Source of the DNA: an uncultured Flavobacteriales bacterium
GTDB taxonomy: Bacteria; Bacteroidota; Bacteroidia; Flavobacteriales; Flavobacteriaceae
Length of the DNA: 64,000 nt
Assembly: GCA_963976005.1 (NCBI GenBank)
Contig: CAXBJF010000011.1
Coordinates: 11,276-75,275, forward strand
Direction: 5' to 3'
Positions 9,211 through 19,484 of the stretch are shown in pieces (the first letter of the stretch is position 1; every line of letters begins with the position of its first letter). A program made the translations under genes and the position numbers. The notes below the pieces were generated by a model. It saw only the letters and a program-made list of their open reading frames with translations, ran no database searches and had not been told where the DNA came from.

Positions 9211-11952
9211 TTAAATTTTCTCAAAAACCATATCAATCACACGTTGTTGTCTTCGTTTATCTCGCGTGCTAGAACCTGGTGCTGGAACAGAATTATAAGG
9301 TCTTGAAATGACTTCTAATTTCACCAAATCCATGCGTTGAGACATATGTGTCCATGCTCCCATATTTTTAGGTTCTTCTTGAGCCCAAGCATAATTTTTT
9401 ACATTGGGATAACGGTTGATGACGTGTTGTATTTTTTCAATATGTAAAGGAAATAGTTGCTCAATTCTAATTAAAGCCACATCCTCTCTGTTCAATTTTT
9501 CACGTTCTGCTAATAAATCATAATAGAATTTCCCAGTACAGAAAACCATTCTTTTAACTTTTTTCGGATTAACAGTATCGTCAATAACTTCATTGAATTG
9601 CCCCTTAACAAGGTCATTTAATGAGGATACCGCCTTTGGATGACGCAATAAACTTTTAGGTGTAAATACAATTAAAGGTTTTCTGAAATCGCGTTTCATT
9701 TGTCGTCGCAATAAATGGAAAAAGTTAGCTGGTGTGGTACAATCTGCCACAACCATATTATCATCTCCACATAATTGTAAAAAGCGTTCCATTCTGGCTG
9801 ATGAATGCTCTGAACCTTGACCTTCATAGCCGTGAGGCAACAACACCACAATTCCATTTTGAGATTTCCATTTATCTTCAGCTGCCGATAAATATTGGTC
9901 AAATATAATTTGAGCCCCATTACTAAAATCTCCAAACTGTGCTTCCCAAAGTGTTAAGGTATTTGGGTTAGCCAAAGCATACCCATAATCAAAACCAAGC
10001 ACTGCATATTCTGATAACAATGAGTTATAAATAGACATTTCACCTTTGTTAACAGGATTTAAATTCAACAAGTTTATTGTTTCTTCAGATATTTCATCAC
10101 GAAGAATAGCATGCCGGTGACTAAAAGTGCCGCGTTCCACATCCTGACCAGACATACGTACATTAAAACCTTCTTCTAACAAAGTACCGTAAGCCAATGT
10201 TTCAGCCATTCCCCAATCTAAGGCATCCGATTCAAAAACCATAGCAGCCCTACCGTCTAATATTCTTTCCGCTTTCCTAAGGAACTTAACGCCTTTTGGA
10301 ACGGTTGACACCAATTTAGCTAAATTTTCAAGTTTGTTTTTCGGATAAGAAGTGTCAACATCTTCAAGCATCTCATTAATGCCTTTTCGTTGGAAGCCTT
10401 TCCAACGTTCTTCCATAAATTCCCTTACTATCGAATTATCTTCCTTTTTGGATTTTGCATGTTCGGTTTCAAGCATGTCTTTAAATTCTTCAGAAATTTT
10501 TTCAACATATTCTTTATTGATGATTTTATCTGAAACTAATTTATCTGCATAAATACGTAACGGGTTTGGGTGTTTTGCTATTTCCTTATATAATTTAGGT
10601 TGTGTAAAACGAGGCTCATCGCCTTCATTATGCCCATATTTTCTGTACCCTAACAAGTCAATATAAACATCTTTTTTATATCGCATTCTATAGTCCAATG
10701 CCATTTCCACGGCATGTACAACGGCTTCAGCATCATCAGCATTAATATGCAATACTGGTGATAAAGTAACTTTTGCAACGTCTGTGCAATAGGTACTTGA
10801 ACGAGCGTCTAAATAATTGGTAGTAAAACCAATTTGATTATTTACAACAATATGAATAGTTCCTCCTGTTTTATAGCCTTTTAAAGTGCTCATTTGAGCT
10901 ACTTCATATACAATTCCCTGACCTGCTATGGCTGCATCACCATGTACTATAATGGGCAATATTTTTGAATCATCCCCATTATAATCATTATCAATTTTAG
11001 CACGTGTAATCCCTTCAGCTACAGATGTCACTGTTTCAAGATGTGATGGGTTTGGAACTAAATTCATTTTTAGGGTTTTTCCGTCCTGGTATGTTTTGTC
11101 AAGCGTTAAACCTAAATGATATTTTACATCACCATCAATATCTTCATCTTCAAAATCTTTGCCTTCAAACTCACTAAACAATTCTTTAATTGGCTTTCTA
11201 AAAATATTTACAAGTGTATTCAATCGTCCGCGGTGTGCCATTCCTAGAACACATTCCTTAACACCATATTTTTCAACAGCGTTAAAAAGAGCCACACTTA
11301 TTGCCGGAATTAATGTTTCCCCGCCTTCAAGAGAAAATCGTTTTTGACCAACATATTTGGTTTGCAAATAGTTCTCAAAGGTAACTGCTTGATTTAATTT
11401 TGAAAGAATGTATTTTTTTGCTGGAACTGAATAATTAGGATGATTATCATTCACATTAAGTTTATTCTGCCACCATTTAATAACCTCCGGATTCCTGATA
11501 TACATATACTCTACACCAATAGAACTACAGTATATTCTATTTAAATGAAAAACAATCTCTCTTAAGGTTTGTACACCAATACCTAAAACTTCTCCCGCAT
11601 TAAAAACGGTATCCAAATCACTTTCAGAAAGCCCAAAATTTTCTAAATCCAACGTAGGCTCATAGGTTCTTCTGGTTCTTACAGGATTCGTTCTTGTGAA
11701 TAAATGACCTCGTGTTCTATATCCATCAATAAGTTTTATGACTTGAAATTCCTTTTTAACATCTTCTGGAATTTGAGTCATTACGCCTTCAGCAATTACA
11801 CCATTTAATCCGTAATTTTCAGTGCCAAAATCATAGCCTTGAAAAAAGGCCCTCCAACTTGGTTCTACCGTATCCGGGTTTTGTAGATATTGGTCGTATA
11901 AATTGGCAAAATACGTAGTGTGTGCCGCGTTTAAAAAGGAAAATTTATCCAT
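9211..11952 (-). CDS. sucA: 2-oxoglutarate dehydrogenase E1
   Basis: 'GQKRFSLEG', 'GMAHRGRLN', TPP motif 'HGDAAIAGQG', 'WEAQFGDF'. Start placed at MDKFSFLN, because a -7 promoter element sits at the upstream ORF start. Confidence 0.97.
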   Translation of the reverse strand: MDKFSFLNAAHTTYFANLYDQYLQNPDTVEPSWRAFFQGYDFGTENYGLNGVIAEGVMTQIPEDVKKEFQVIKLIDGYRTRGHLFTRTNPVRTRRTYEPTLDLENFGLSESDLDTVFNAGEVLGIGVQTLREIVFHLNRIYCSSIGVEYMYIRNPEVIKWWQNKLNVNDNHPNYSVPAKKYILSKLNQAVTFENYLQTKYVGQKRFSLEGGETLIPAISVALFNAVEKYGVKECVLGMAHRGRLNTLVNIFRKPIKELFSEFEGKDFEDEDIDGDVKYHLGLTLDKTYQDGKTLKMNLVPNPSHLETVTSVAEGITRAKIDNDYNGDDSKILPIIVHGDAAIAGQGIVYEVAQMSTLKGYKTGGTIHIVVNNQIGFTTNYLDARSSTYCTDVAKVTLSPVLHINADDAEAVVHAVEMALDYRMRYKKDVYIDLLGYRKYGHNEGDEPRFTQPKLYKEIAKHPNPLRIYADKLVSDKIINKEYVEKISEEFKDMLETEHAKSKKEDNSIVREFMEERWKGFQRKGINEMLEDVDTSYPKNKLENLAKLVSTVPKGVKFLRKAERILDGRAAMVFESDALDWGMAETLAYGTLLEEGFNVRMSGQDVERGTFSHRHAILRDEISEETINLLNLNPVNKGEMSIYNSLLSEYAVLGFDYGYALANPNTLTLWEAQFGDFSNGAQIIFDQYLSAAEDKWKSQNGIVVLLPHGYEGQGSEHSSARMERFLQLCGDDNMVVADCTTPANFFHLLRRQMKRDFRKPLIVFTPKSLLRHPKAVSSLNDLVKGQFNEVIDDTVNPKKVKRMVFCTGKFYYDLLAEREKLNREDVALIRIEQLFPLHIEKIQHVINRYPNVKNYAWAQEEPKNMGAWTHMSQRMDLVKLEVISRPYNSVPAPGSSTRDKRRQQRVIDMVFEKI

Positions 11953-12134
11953 TATTATTTTTAATACAATATAGCTTAAACAAAATTTCACCAAAAATAC
12001 AACTTTTACTAAAATTAGATGTTTGTTTTATTATATTTATAAGCAGGAGTAAATGGAATCATGAAAACACTGTTCCATAATTGTTAAATTTTTGATTATT
12101 CCTAATAATTTTAACTAAAAACCATATTAGTTTT

Positions 12135-12662
12135 ATGCATTCAATTAATAAAAACACACTTACTTTTTTTTTATTAATACTGTCTTTTTCAAACCACATT
12201 CATGCTCAACAAAATTCACTAAACAATGATTTTTGGAATCATGTAAGATTTGGTGGCGGCATAGGTTTAAGTTTTGGTGATGGTTTTTTTAGTGGCACCT
12301 TAGCCCCAAGTGCTATTTATGAATTTAATAATGACGTTGCTTTAGGTGTTGGGTTAAATGGAACTTATAACCAACAAAAAGATATTTATAAATCATCTAT
12401 TTTAGGAGGTAGTTTAATTGGTTTATTTAGTCCTATTAATGAAATTCAACTTTCAGCAGAATTTGAAGAACTTCATGTAAACCGAAAGTTTGACAGTTAT
12501 TTAAATTTAGAAAATGACACCTACTGGTCTCCGGCCTTGTTTTTTGGGGCAGGTTATAGAAGTGGCAATGTTACTTTTGGAATTAGATATGATGTATTGT
12601 ATGATAAAAACAAGAGTGTTTACGCCAATGCGTGGACTCCTTTTTTGAGGTTTTATTTCTAA
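12135..12662 (+). CDS. Outer-membrane beta-barrel protein of unknown function
   Basis: Signal peptide ending IHA-Q, Gly/aromatic-rich strands, terminal 'RFYF'. Confidence 0.7.
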   Translation: MHSINKNTLTFFLLILSFSNHIHAQQNSLNNDFWNHVRFGGGIGLSFGDGFFSGTLAPSAIYEFNNDVALGVGLNGTYNQQKDIYKSSILGGSLIGLFSPINEIQLSAEFEELHVNRKFDSYLNLENDTYWSPALFFGAGYRSGNVTFGIRYDVLYDKNKSVYANAWTPFLRFYF

Positions 12663-12664
12663 AA

Positions 12665-13096
12665 TTAAAGTGGCAAAAAAGATTCTCCCAATTTTACATT
12701 TAAACTTAAGTCTTTAATTGTTTTGTTCTTTAAGCTTTCCAATATTATATTCCTGGAGGGGCTAAGGATATGATGCAACGGACAAGGTTTTTCTTTATTA
12801 CATTTCTCTAAACTTAACATACATGAATTCAACTTTTCTTCACCATCTATAACCATAATAATGCTCATTATCGATTTTTTTAAATTCTCTTCATTTAAAT
12901 AAAACCCCCCTTTTGCACCACGAAAGGAAGACACAATATTTTCCTTAACCAAAACTTGAAGTAATTTTGCAATATATGCTTGAGGAACATTTATAGGTTC
13001 GGCAATATCCTTAACCATAATTTTGTTCTCTTTACTGGAATGTATTGCTAAAAACAAGACAGCTTTTACGGCATATTTTGAAGAATTTGAGATCAT
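12665..13096 (-). CDS. Rrf2 family transcriptional regulator (Fe-S, Cys3-His)
   Basis: wHTH '...RGAKGGFYL'; C-x6-C-x5-C-P-L-H. Confidence 0.9.
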   Translation of the reverse strand: MISNSSKYAVKAVLFLAIHSSKENKIMVKDIAEPINVPQAYIAKLLQVLVKENIVSSFRGAKGGFYLNEENLKKSIMSIIMVIDGEEKLNSCMLSLEKCNKEKPCPLHHILSPSRNIILESLKNKTIKDLSLNVKLGESFLPL

Positions 13097-13130
13097 TTAA
13101 TTATTTAATTATTATCATTCAAAATAAATG

Positions 13131-13144
13131 AGACTTTTTTATCT
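13131..13144. promoter_or_regulatory. Candidate Rrf2 operator, copy 1 (rrf2/nos divergent region)
   Basis: AGACT-TTTT-TATCT; matches three other copies. Confidence 0.55.
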
Positions 13145-13149
13145 TAAAT

Positions 13150-13193
13150 ATGATTTTTATCATGTTTTATCATTTTTTTAGCCATTATTTTTG
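13150..13193 (+). promoter_or_regulatory. nos operon promoter: FNR-like box plus Bacteroidota -7 element
   Basis: ATGAT-TTTT-ATCAT (13150-63), 22 nt, TATTTTTG (13186-93). Confidence 0.7.
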
Positions 13194-13221
13194 TACCAAA
13201 TAAACATTAATATATTTTAAC

Positions 13222-13725
13222 ATGAATTCAAGATTAAAATTTTTTACCGTTTTAATTGCTGCTATACTAATGAGTTGTGGTGGTAAAGAAGAAAAAAAGA
13301 AAGAAGGTTTTTCATATGAAAAAAAGGCTTCAACTGAAACAACAACTGTTGCCCCAACAGCTAAGGTTCCGGCATCCCAACAAATTACTTTGTCAGATAA
13401 AGGTATTGGACCAATTACCTCTATTGAATTACCCGCAGAAATTGATCAAGCTATGGTTGCCCATGGTTCAGAAATATATACAAAAATGTGTACTGCTTGC
13501 CACAGACCGGACAAAAAATTTATTGGGCCTGCACCCAAAGGCATCATGGAACGCAGATCTCCAGAATGGATCATGAACATGATTTTGAATCCGGAGGAAA
13601 TGATTCAAAAAGACCCTTTGGCCAAAGCGTTATTGGCTGAATTTAATGGCGCTCCCATGGCCAATCAAAACCTTACCCAAGAGGAGGCCAGGGCTGTATT
13701 GGAATACTTTAGAACACTAAAATAA
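13222..13725 (+). CDS. Monoheme cytochrome c lipoprotein (nos-associated)
   Basis: Lipobox LMSC; CTACH; distal Met in 'APMANQ'. Confidence 0.9.
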   Translation: MNSRLKFFTVLIAAILMSCGGKEEKKKEGFSYEKKASTETTTVAPTAKVPASQQITLSDKGIGPITSIELPAEIDQAMVAHGSEIYTKMCTACHRPDKKFIGPAPKGIMERRSPEWIMNMILNPEEMIQKDPLAKALLAEFNGAPMANQNLTQEEARAVLEYFRTLK

Positions 13726-13731
13726 CAATAT

Positions 13732-14301
13732 ATGAAAACAATCAAACATCTATTTTTTGTTTTTGCACTTTTAGCCCTGGTCGGTTCCTGCAAAAACGAA
13801 AACAAGGAAGCCTCAACAAACCCAACAGGAACTACTGAAAATGCATCCACCGATAAAACCGGTCAAGCATTTATTGAAGGCGACGTGGCCAAACCAAACG
13901 TTTTGCAAATTGCCATTGGATCGCCAGATCATACCACCTTGGTGGCTGCGGTACAAGCTGCCGGATTGGAAAACTCTTTGGTAAATGCAGGGCCATTAAT
14001 GGTATTTGCGCCTACAAATGAAGCTTTTGCTGCGCTTCCTGAAGGTACCGTGGAAAACTTATTAAAACCAGAAAACAAAGATCAATTGGCTTTAATATTG
14101 AAACACCATGTCACTCCTGGGAACTACAGCAAGGAATTTTTGAAAAAATTCAAAAAATTGGGTCAAGCAAGCAATGGCTATGTCACTGTAGAAGTGAAAG
14201 GTGACGATGTTTATGTAGGAGGGGCCAAAATTATTGCAAGCATTCCAGCCGGAAACGGAATTGTCCATGTTGTGGATAAAGTCATCCTACCAGAAAATTA
14301 A
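13732..14301 (+). CDS. Fasciclin (FAS1) domain lipoprotein
   Basis: Lipobox VGSC; 'VFAPTNEAF' and 'NGIVHVVDKVILP' FAS1 motifs. Confidence 0.9.
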   Translation: MKTIKHLFFVFALLALVGSCKNENKEASTNPTGTTENASTDKTGQAFIEGDVAKPNVLQIAIGSPDHTTLVAAVQAAGLENSLVNAGPLMVFAPTNEAFAALPEGTVENLLKPENKDQLALILKHHVTPGNYSKEFLKKFKKLGQASNGYVTVEVKGDDVYVGGAKIIASIPAGNGIVHVVDKVILPEN

Positions 14302-14326
14302 ACCATAAAAATTAACACTTATAACA

Positions 14327-16291
14327 ATGAAAAATAGATTTAAAATAACGCTCGGATTTTTGATAATGGCGACTGCATTTACCAGTTGCAATAACAAATC
14401 ATCCGATTCTAAAGGAGCATTGGCATCCAGTGCTGCTGAACAAGTATATGTTGCACCTGGGCAGCATGATGAATTTTACGCTTTTTTATCAGGGGGATTT
14501 AGCGGACAATTATCTGTCTATGGCTTACCTTCCGGTAGATTGTTTAAGGTCATTCCAGTGTTTTCACAAGATGCTGAAAAAGCCTATGGTTACAATGAAG
14601 AGACCAAGCCTATGTTAATGACTTCCTTTGGGGAAATTCCTTGGGGAGATGCCCACCACCCCGATATTTCACAAACCAATGGGATATTGGATGGCCGTTG
14701 GGTTTTTATAAACGAAAACAATACACCACGTATTGCTAGAATCGATCTTACTACTTTTGAAACCACTGAGATAATAGAAATTCCAAACTCTGCTGGTAAC
14801 CACAGTTCTTCTTATGTTACAGACAACACAGAATATGTAATTGCTGGAACACGTTTTAGCGTACCTGTACCACAACGAGATATGCCAATCAAGGACTATA
14901 AGGGCAATTTTAAAGGCGCTTTGTCCTTTCTTAAAGTAGATCCTGATAGTGGACAAATGGACTTATCGTTTCAGATATTAATGCCAGGGTTTGATTATGA
15001 CAAAGCCCATCCGGGACGGGGAAAATCACATGGCTGGTTTTTCTATACAACCTATAACACCGAAGAGGCCAATACGTTGTTGGAAGTGAATGCCTCGCAA
15101 AATGACAAGGATTTTATCGCAGCTGTTAACTGGAAAAAAGCAGAAGAGTATATCAAAGAAGGTAAATTTAAAACCATGCCCGCTAAATATGCACACAATA
15201 TGTATAATGATGAAACCCATTCTGCTTCAACAACCTGGGGAACTTCTGTAAAAGTGTTGGATCCTGCCGAACTTCCTGGGCTGGTTTATTTTTTACCAAC
15301 CCCTAAATCACCTCATGGTTGTGACGTTGATCCTACTGGCGAATATATTGTTGGTAGTGGTAAATTAGCAGCTAGTCTAACTGTGCATTCTTTTACAAAA
15401 ATGATTGATGCCATTGAAAACAAGAAGTTTGCTGGTGAAGCTTACGGTATTCCAATTCTTAACTTTGACGACGTATTGGCTGGAACTGTTGAGCAACCAG
15501 GGTTAGGCCCTTTACATACCGAATTTGACAATAAAGGAAATGCCTATTCAACATTTTTCATTTCTTCTGAAATTGTAAAATGGAAACTGGGAACTTGGGA
15601 AGTATTGGATAGACAACCTGCATTTTATTCTCCTGGACATTTAATGATTCCTGGAGGTAACTCTCAACAACCCTTTGGTAAGTATTTGCTTTCCATGAAT
15701 AAAATAACAAAAGACCGTTATTTGCCAACAGGACCGGAAGTAAGCCAATCCGCTCAATTATTTGATATTTCTGGAGACAAGATGAAACTGCTATTGGATT
15801 TCCCAACAGTTGGAGAACCTCACTATGCGGCCGGAATCCCTGCTAATCTAGTGGCTCCAAAGTCCAAGAAAATTTTCAAATTGGAAGAAAATAAGCATCC
15901 TTTTGCAACTCTCAACGATGCAGATGCCAAAGTAGTTAGAGATGGAAATAATGTACATGTTTATATTACGACCATTAGAAGCCATTTTAATCCTGATAAT
16001 ATTGAAGGCGTTAAAGTAGGCGATAAAGTATTTTTCCATGTCACCAATATGGAACAAGATTACGATGTGCCCCATGGAATGAGCATGATAGGTGCAAACA
16101 CATCAGAAGTACTTGTTATGCCAGGACAGACCGAAACTTTTGTTTGGGAGCCCAAACAAGTTGGTGTATGGCCATTTTATTGTACCGATTTCTGTTCGGC
16201 ACTGCATCAAGAAATGCAAGGCTATGTTCGTGTATCAGCTGCAAACGCCAATACCCCTTTAAAGTGGTCTTTGGGTGAAGATATAGAATAG
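14327..16291 (+). CDS. nosZ: Sec-dependent (clade II) nitrous oxide reductase
   Basis: CuZ His motifs DAHHP, GNHSS, SPHG, GPLHT and EPHY; CuA 'HG...CTDFCSALHQEM'; lipobox FTSC; no Tat RR motif. Confidence 0.97.
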   Translation: MKNRFKITLGFLIMATAFTSCNNKSSDSKGALASSAAEQVYVAPGQHDEFYAFLSGGFSGQLSVYGLPSGRLFKVIPVFSQDAEKAYGYNEETKPMLMTSFGEIPWGDAHHPDISQTNGILDGRWVFINENNTPRIARIDLTTFETTEIIEIPNSAGNHSSSYVTDNTEYVIAGTRFSVPVPQRDMPIKDYKGNFKGALSFLKVDPDSGQMDLSFQILMPGFDYDKAHPGRGKSHGWFFYTTYNTEEANTLLEVNASQNDKDFIAAVNWKKAEEYIKEGKFKTMPAKYAHNMYNDETHSASTTWGTSVKVLDPAELPGLVYFLPTPKSPHGCDVDPTGEYIVGSGKLAASLTVHSFTKMIDAIENKKFAGEAYGIPILNFDDVLAGTVEQPGLGPLHTEFDNKGNAYSTFFISSEIVKWKLGTWEVLDRQPAFYSPGHLMIPGGNSQQPFGKYLLSMNKITKDRYLPTGPEVSQSAQLFDISGDKMKLLLDFPTVGEPHYAAGIPANLVAPKSKKIFKLEENKHPFATLNDADAKVVRDGNNVHVYITTIRSHFNPDNIEGVKVGDKVFFHVTNMEQDYDVPHGMSMIGANTSEVLVMPGQTETFVWEPKQVGVWPFYCTDFCSALHQEMQGYVRVSAANANTPLKWSLGEDIE

Positions 16292-16296
16292 TAAAT

Positions 16297-16364
16297 TAGG
16301 AAAATTTTGTTTTAGTGTTTATTTTCCTATAAAGGCGAGAGTTGAGTTTTTCGCTCTCGCCTTT
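16297..16364 (+). terminator. Tandem hairpins between nosZ and nosB
   Basis: TAGGAAAAT..ATTTTCCTA (9 bp), then AAAGGCGAGAG..CTCTCGCCTTT (11 bp). Confidence 0.65.
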
Positions 16365-16402
16365 CCTTTTAAAATACTAATATTAATTTTAATTGTTTTC
16401 AG

Positions 16403-17002
16403 ATGAAAAAGTCAAATGTTATCATGCTTATTGCCGCTTTATTGCCACTTGGATTATTCTTTTTTCCTCTTTGGAAAATAACGCTTGAAGCTCCTCAATA
16501 TCCAACGCCATTAGGTATGTATATTTTTATTAATGATTTTTCAGATGTAAACCCCAATGATATCAAGAACATCAACCTGATGAACCATTATGTGGGGATG
16601 AAATACATTCCTGAGGCAATTCCGGAATTCAAGATTTTTCCATTGGGAATCATCATTACTACTATTATCGGGTTAATTATCGCATTTAAAGGCAATTACA
16701 AATGGTTTTTGGCCTGGTTTATTTTAATGATTGTTTTAAGTGCTGCGGGACTATATGATTTTTATCTGTGGGAACATCATTACGGAAATGATTTGGATCC
16801 CAAAGCGATCATAAAATTTACGAATCCAGATGGTACGGTCATGGGTTTTCAACCACCATTATTTGGTTCAAAAGATATTCTTAACTTTAAAGCACATTCT
16901 TATCCAAGATTAGGCGCGTACTTTTTAGGATTAGGCATTGCCACCTCATTATTGGCCTATTTTGTTGGAAAGAAAAGTCATAAAAAAAAGGTTGCTTTGT
17001 AA
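16403..17002 (+). CDS. nosB: NosB-type membrane protein of clade II nos clusters
   Basis: 'W...LEAPQYP..L', 'INLMNHYVGM' and 'FQPPLFG.K' motifs; 4 TM; directly after nosZ. Confidence 0.8.
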   Translation: MKKSNVIMLIAALLPLGLFFFPLWKITLEAPQYPTPLGMYIFINDFSDVNPNDIKNINLMNHYVGMKYIPEAIPEFKIFPLGIIITTIIGLIIAFKGNYKWFLAWFILMIVLSAAGLYDFYLWEHHYGNDLDPKAIIKFTNPDGTVMGFQPPLFGSKDILNFKAHSYPRLGAYFLGLGIATSLLAYFVGKKSHKKKVAL

Positions 17003-17024
17003 AAAATAGGACTCAAAAACGAGT

Positions 17025-17462
17025 ATGAAAACATTAAAACACTTTGCCATAATAGCATTGCTGGTATTACTATGCAGTTGCAATGCATCACCACAAGCCA
17101 TTAACTATGGTGCTGACGGGTGTCAATTTTGCAAAATGACCATAGTAGATAAGGTTCATGCTGCAGAAATAGTTACTAAAAAAGGAAAGGTTTATAAGTT
17201 TGATGCTACAGAGTGTATGATTAATTTCTTAAAAGGTTTTGATGTTACAGAAATTAAACTCTATTTAACAAATCATTACACGGAACCTGAAACCTTAATT
17301 GATGCTAATCAAGCTACTTTTTTAATTAGTGAAAATATCCCAAGCCCAATGGGTGCTTATTTAACGGCATTTAAAAACAAAAAGGTTGCAGAGGAAATTC
17401 AAGCTAAACAAGGTGGAGCATTATATACTTGGAGCGAACTTTTAATGCATCAAAAAAAATAA
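17025..17462 (+). CDS. nosL: NosL copper chaperone lipoprotein
   Basis: Lipobox; 'CQFCKM', 'FDATEC' and 'SPMG' motifs. Confidence 0.92.
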   Translation: MKTLKHFAIIALLVLLCSCNASPQAINYGADGCQFCKMTIVDKVHAAEIVTKKGKVYKFDATECMINFLKGFDVTEIKLYLTNHYTEPETLIDANQATFLISENIPSPMGAYLTAFKNKKVAEEIQAKQGGALYTWSELLMHQKK

Positions 17463-17538
17463 ATAACATCATCTATTTATTAAATTCAACCAATAAAAAA
17501 ATCAATCCTTATTTTTGGAGTAAATCTAACGTATTGAA

Positions 17539-18783
17539 ATGTGCCGTTTATTGAAACATAGCGTCTTAATTATTTCAGCTTTAATAAGTTGTTCTGTATT
17601 TTCGCAAACCATTAATGTTTGTGAAACATGTACAATTTCAACCTTAAAAGAAGCTATTGCAGCCGCTAAAGATTTTGATACCATTGTTATAAAAAAAGGC
17701 ACTTATAAAGAACATGATATTTTAGTTGATAAACCATTAACCATTTTAGGCGAAAATTACCCTGTTATTGATGGTGAGTTAAAAGGTGAAATTATTACTA
17801 TAGTTTCAGATAATGTAACTATTGATGGGCTGCACATCATTAATGTTGGCACCAGTTATACTTCTGATTATGCTGCCATTAGGGTTAGAAGAAGTAAAAA
17901 TTTCGTCATTAAAAATCTGGTGCTAGAGAAATTATTCTTTGGTATTTATATAGAAAAATCCAGTTACGGAAAAGTTTTTCATAACAAAATAATTGGTGAT
18001 GCAGTGCAAGAATACAATTCCGGGAACGGTATCCAATTATGGTACAGCAACCATATTCAAATTGAGCAAAATATTGTTGAACATGTAAGAGATGGCATCT
18101 ATTTGGAATTTTCTGATGATTGCCTAATAAAGAATAATGTGAGCCAACAAAATCTTCGATATGGTTTACATTTTATGTTTTCCAATAACGACATTTATCA
18201 AAATAATACCTTTGAAAATAACGGTGCCGGTGTTGCTGTTATGTTTTCAAAAAAAATTAAAATGCTTCACAACACATTTAAAAAAAATTGGGGAACAGCC
18301 TCGTATGGCATGCTCTTAAAAGAAATCAATGATGCTGAAATTATAGGCAATACGTTTGAAGAAAACACCATAGGCATCAATATTGAAGGTTCCAACAGAA
18401 TTACGTATAAAAACAACAGTTTCATCAATAACGGATGGGCCATTAAAGTAAGAGGAGCCTGTTATACTAACCACTTTTTAGAAAATAATTTTTTATATAA
18501 TTCTTTTGATATTTCATATAATAGCAACATCAATGATAATGTGTTCAACAAAAATTACTGGAGTAATTATACCGGGTACGATTTAGATAAAAATGGCATA
18601 GGTGATGTACCGTACAGACCTGTGAAATTATTCTCGTACATTGTAAACAGAACTCCTGAAACCATCATTTTACTGCGTAGTTTATTCATTGATATTATAG
18701 ATTTTTCTGAAAAAGTATCTCCTGTTTTTACACCTGATAATCTGTTTGACAATCATCCTTTAATAAAAAAAATAATATGGTAA
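17539..18783 (+). CDS. nosD: NosD nitrous oxide reductase maturation protein
   Basis: Beta-helix repeats 'RDGIY', 'RYGLHFMFS'; 'NYWSNY.GYDL...GIGD.PY'. Confidence 0.95.
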   Translation: MCRLLKHSVLIISALISCSVFSQTINVCETCTISTLKEAIAAAKDFDTIVIKKGTYKEHDILVDKPLTILGENYPVIDGELKGEIITIVSDNVTIDGLHIINVGTSYTSDYAAIRVRRSKNFVIKNLVLEKLFFGIYIEKSSYGKVFHNKIIGDAVQEYNSGNGIQLWYSNHIQIEQNIVEHVRDGIYLEFSDDCLIKNNVSQQNLRYGLHFMFSNNDIYQNNTFENNGAGVAVMFSKKIKMLHNTFKKNWGTASYGMLLKEINDAEIIGNTFEENTIGINIEGSNRITYKNNSFINNGWAIKVRGACYTNHFLENNFLYNSFDISYNSNINDNVFNKNYWSNYTGYDLDKNGIGDVPYRPVKLFSYIVNRTPETIILLRSLFIDIIDFSEKVSPVFTPDNLFDNHPLIKKIIW

Positions 18784-19484
18784 GCATTCAAAATTTACAT
18801 AAAAAATTTGGAAAAAACGTAGTGCTTAGCGGCGTAAATCTTGATATTAAAGAAGGTGGCATTTTTGCAGTACTTGGGCCGAATGGGTCAGGCAAAACAA
18901 CCTTGATTAAATCTATATTAGGCATGGTTATTCCTAACGAAGGAGACATTTCTATTTTAGGAAAAAACATTAAAAAAAGTTCTGATTACCGCTATAAAAT
19001 TGATTATTTACCGCAAATAGCCAACTTTCCAAACAACCTTAAGGTTAAAGAACTCATCACCATGATTAAGGATTTAAGAGGAAAAAAAATCAATGATGAA
19101 GCTCTAATTAGTTTATTTAAATTAGAAGCTTTTTTAGATAAAAAACTTGGCAATCTTTCAGGAGGTACCAAGCAAAAAGTAAATATTGTGTTGGCCTTTA
19201 TGTTTGACAGCCCTTTGATTATTTTAGACGAACCTACATCTGGTTTGGATCCCATTTCATTGATTCGTTTAAAGGATTTGATTCAAACTGAAAAAGCGAA
19301 AGGAAAAACCATTTTGATCACCTCTCATATCATGAGTTTTGTTGAAGAGGTTTCTGATGAAATTGTTTTTCTTTTAGAAGGACAAATTTATTTTAAAGGC
19401 TCCATTAATGAACTTAAAACCAAGACGAACCAACCAGATTTTGAACGCGCTATTGCCTCTATACTAACAGATAACCATGCTTAA
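18777..19484 (+). CDS. nosF: ABC ATPase NosF
   Basis: Walker A GPNGSGKT, LSGG signature, Walker B ILDEP; nos context. Confidence 0.92.
   Translation: MVSIQNLHKKFGKNVVLSGVNLDIKEGGIFAVLGPNGSGKTTLIKSILGMVIPNEGDISILGKNIKKSSDYRYKIDYLPQIANFPNNLKVKELITMIKDLRGKKINDEALISLFKLEAFLDKKLGNLSGGTKQKVNIVLAFMFDSPLIILDEPTSGLDPISLIRLKDLIQTEKAKGKTILITSHIMSFVEEVSDEIVFLLEGQIYFKGSINELKTKTNQPDFERAIASILTDNHA

Noticed and set aside
11953-11994. N-terminal extensions in the ORF track (sucA 11994, SCO 22790, porin 25611, norQ 26928, aspS 49090, T9SS protein 62121)
   Set aside because: They overlap promoter elements or neighbouring genes, or precede the evident signal peptide or family start; downstream ATGs were used.
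12135-12662. Gene next to sucA as a 2-oxoglutarate-metabolising enzyme
   Set aside because: It has a signal peptide and beta-barrel pattern with no TPP or other catalytic motif.
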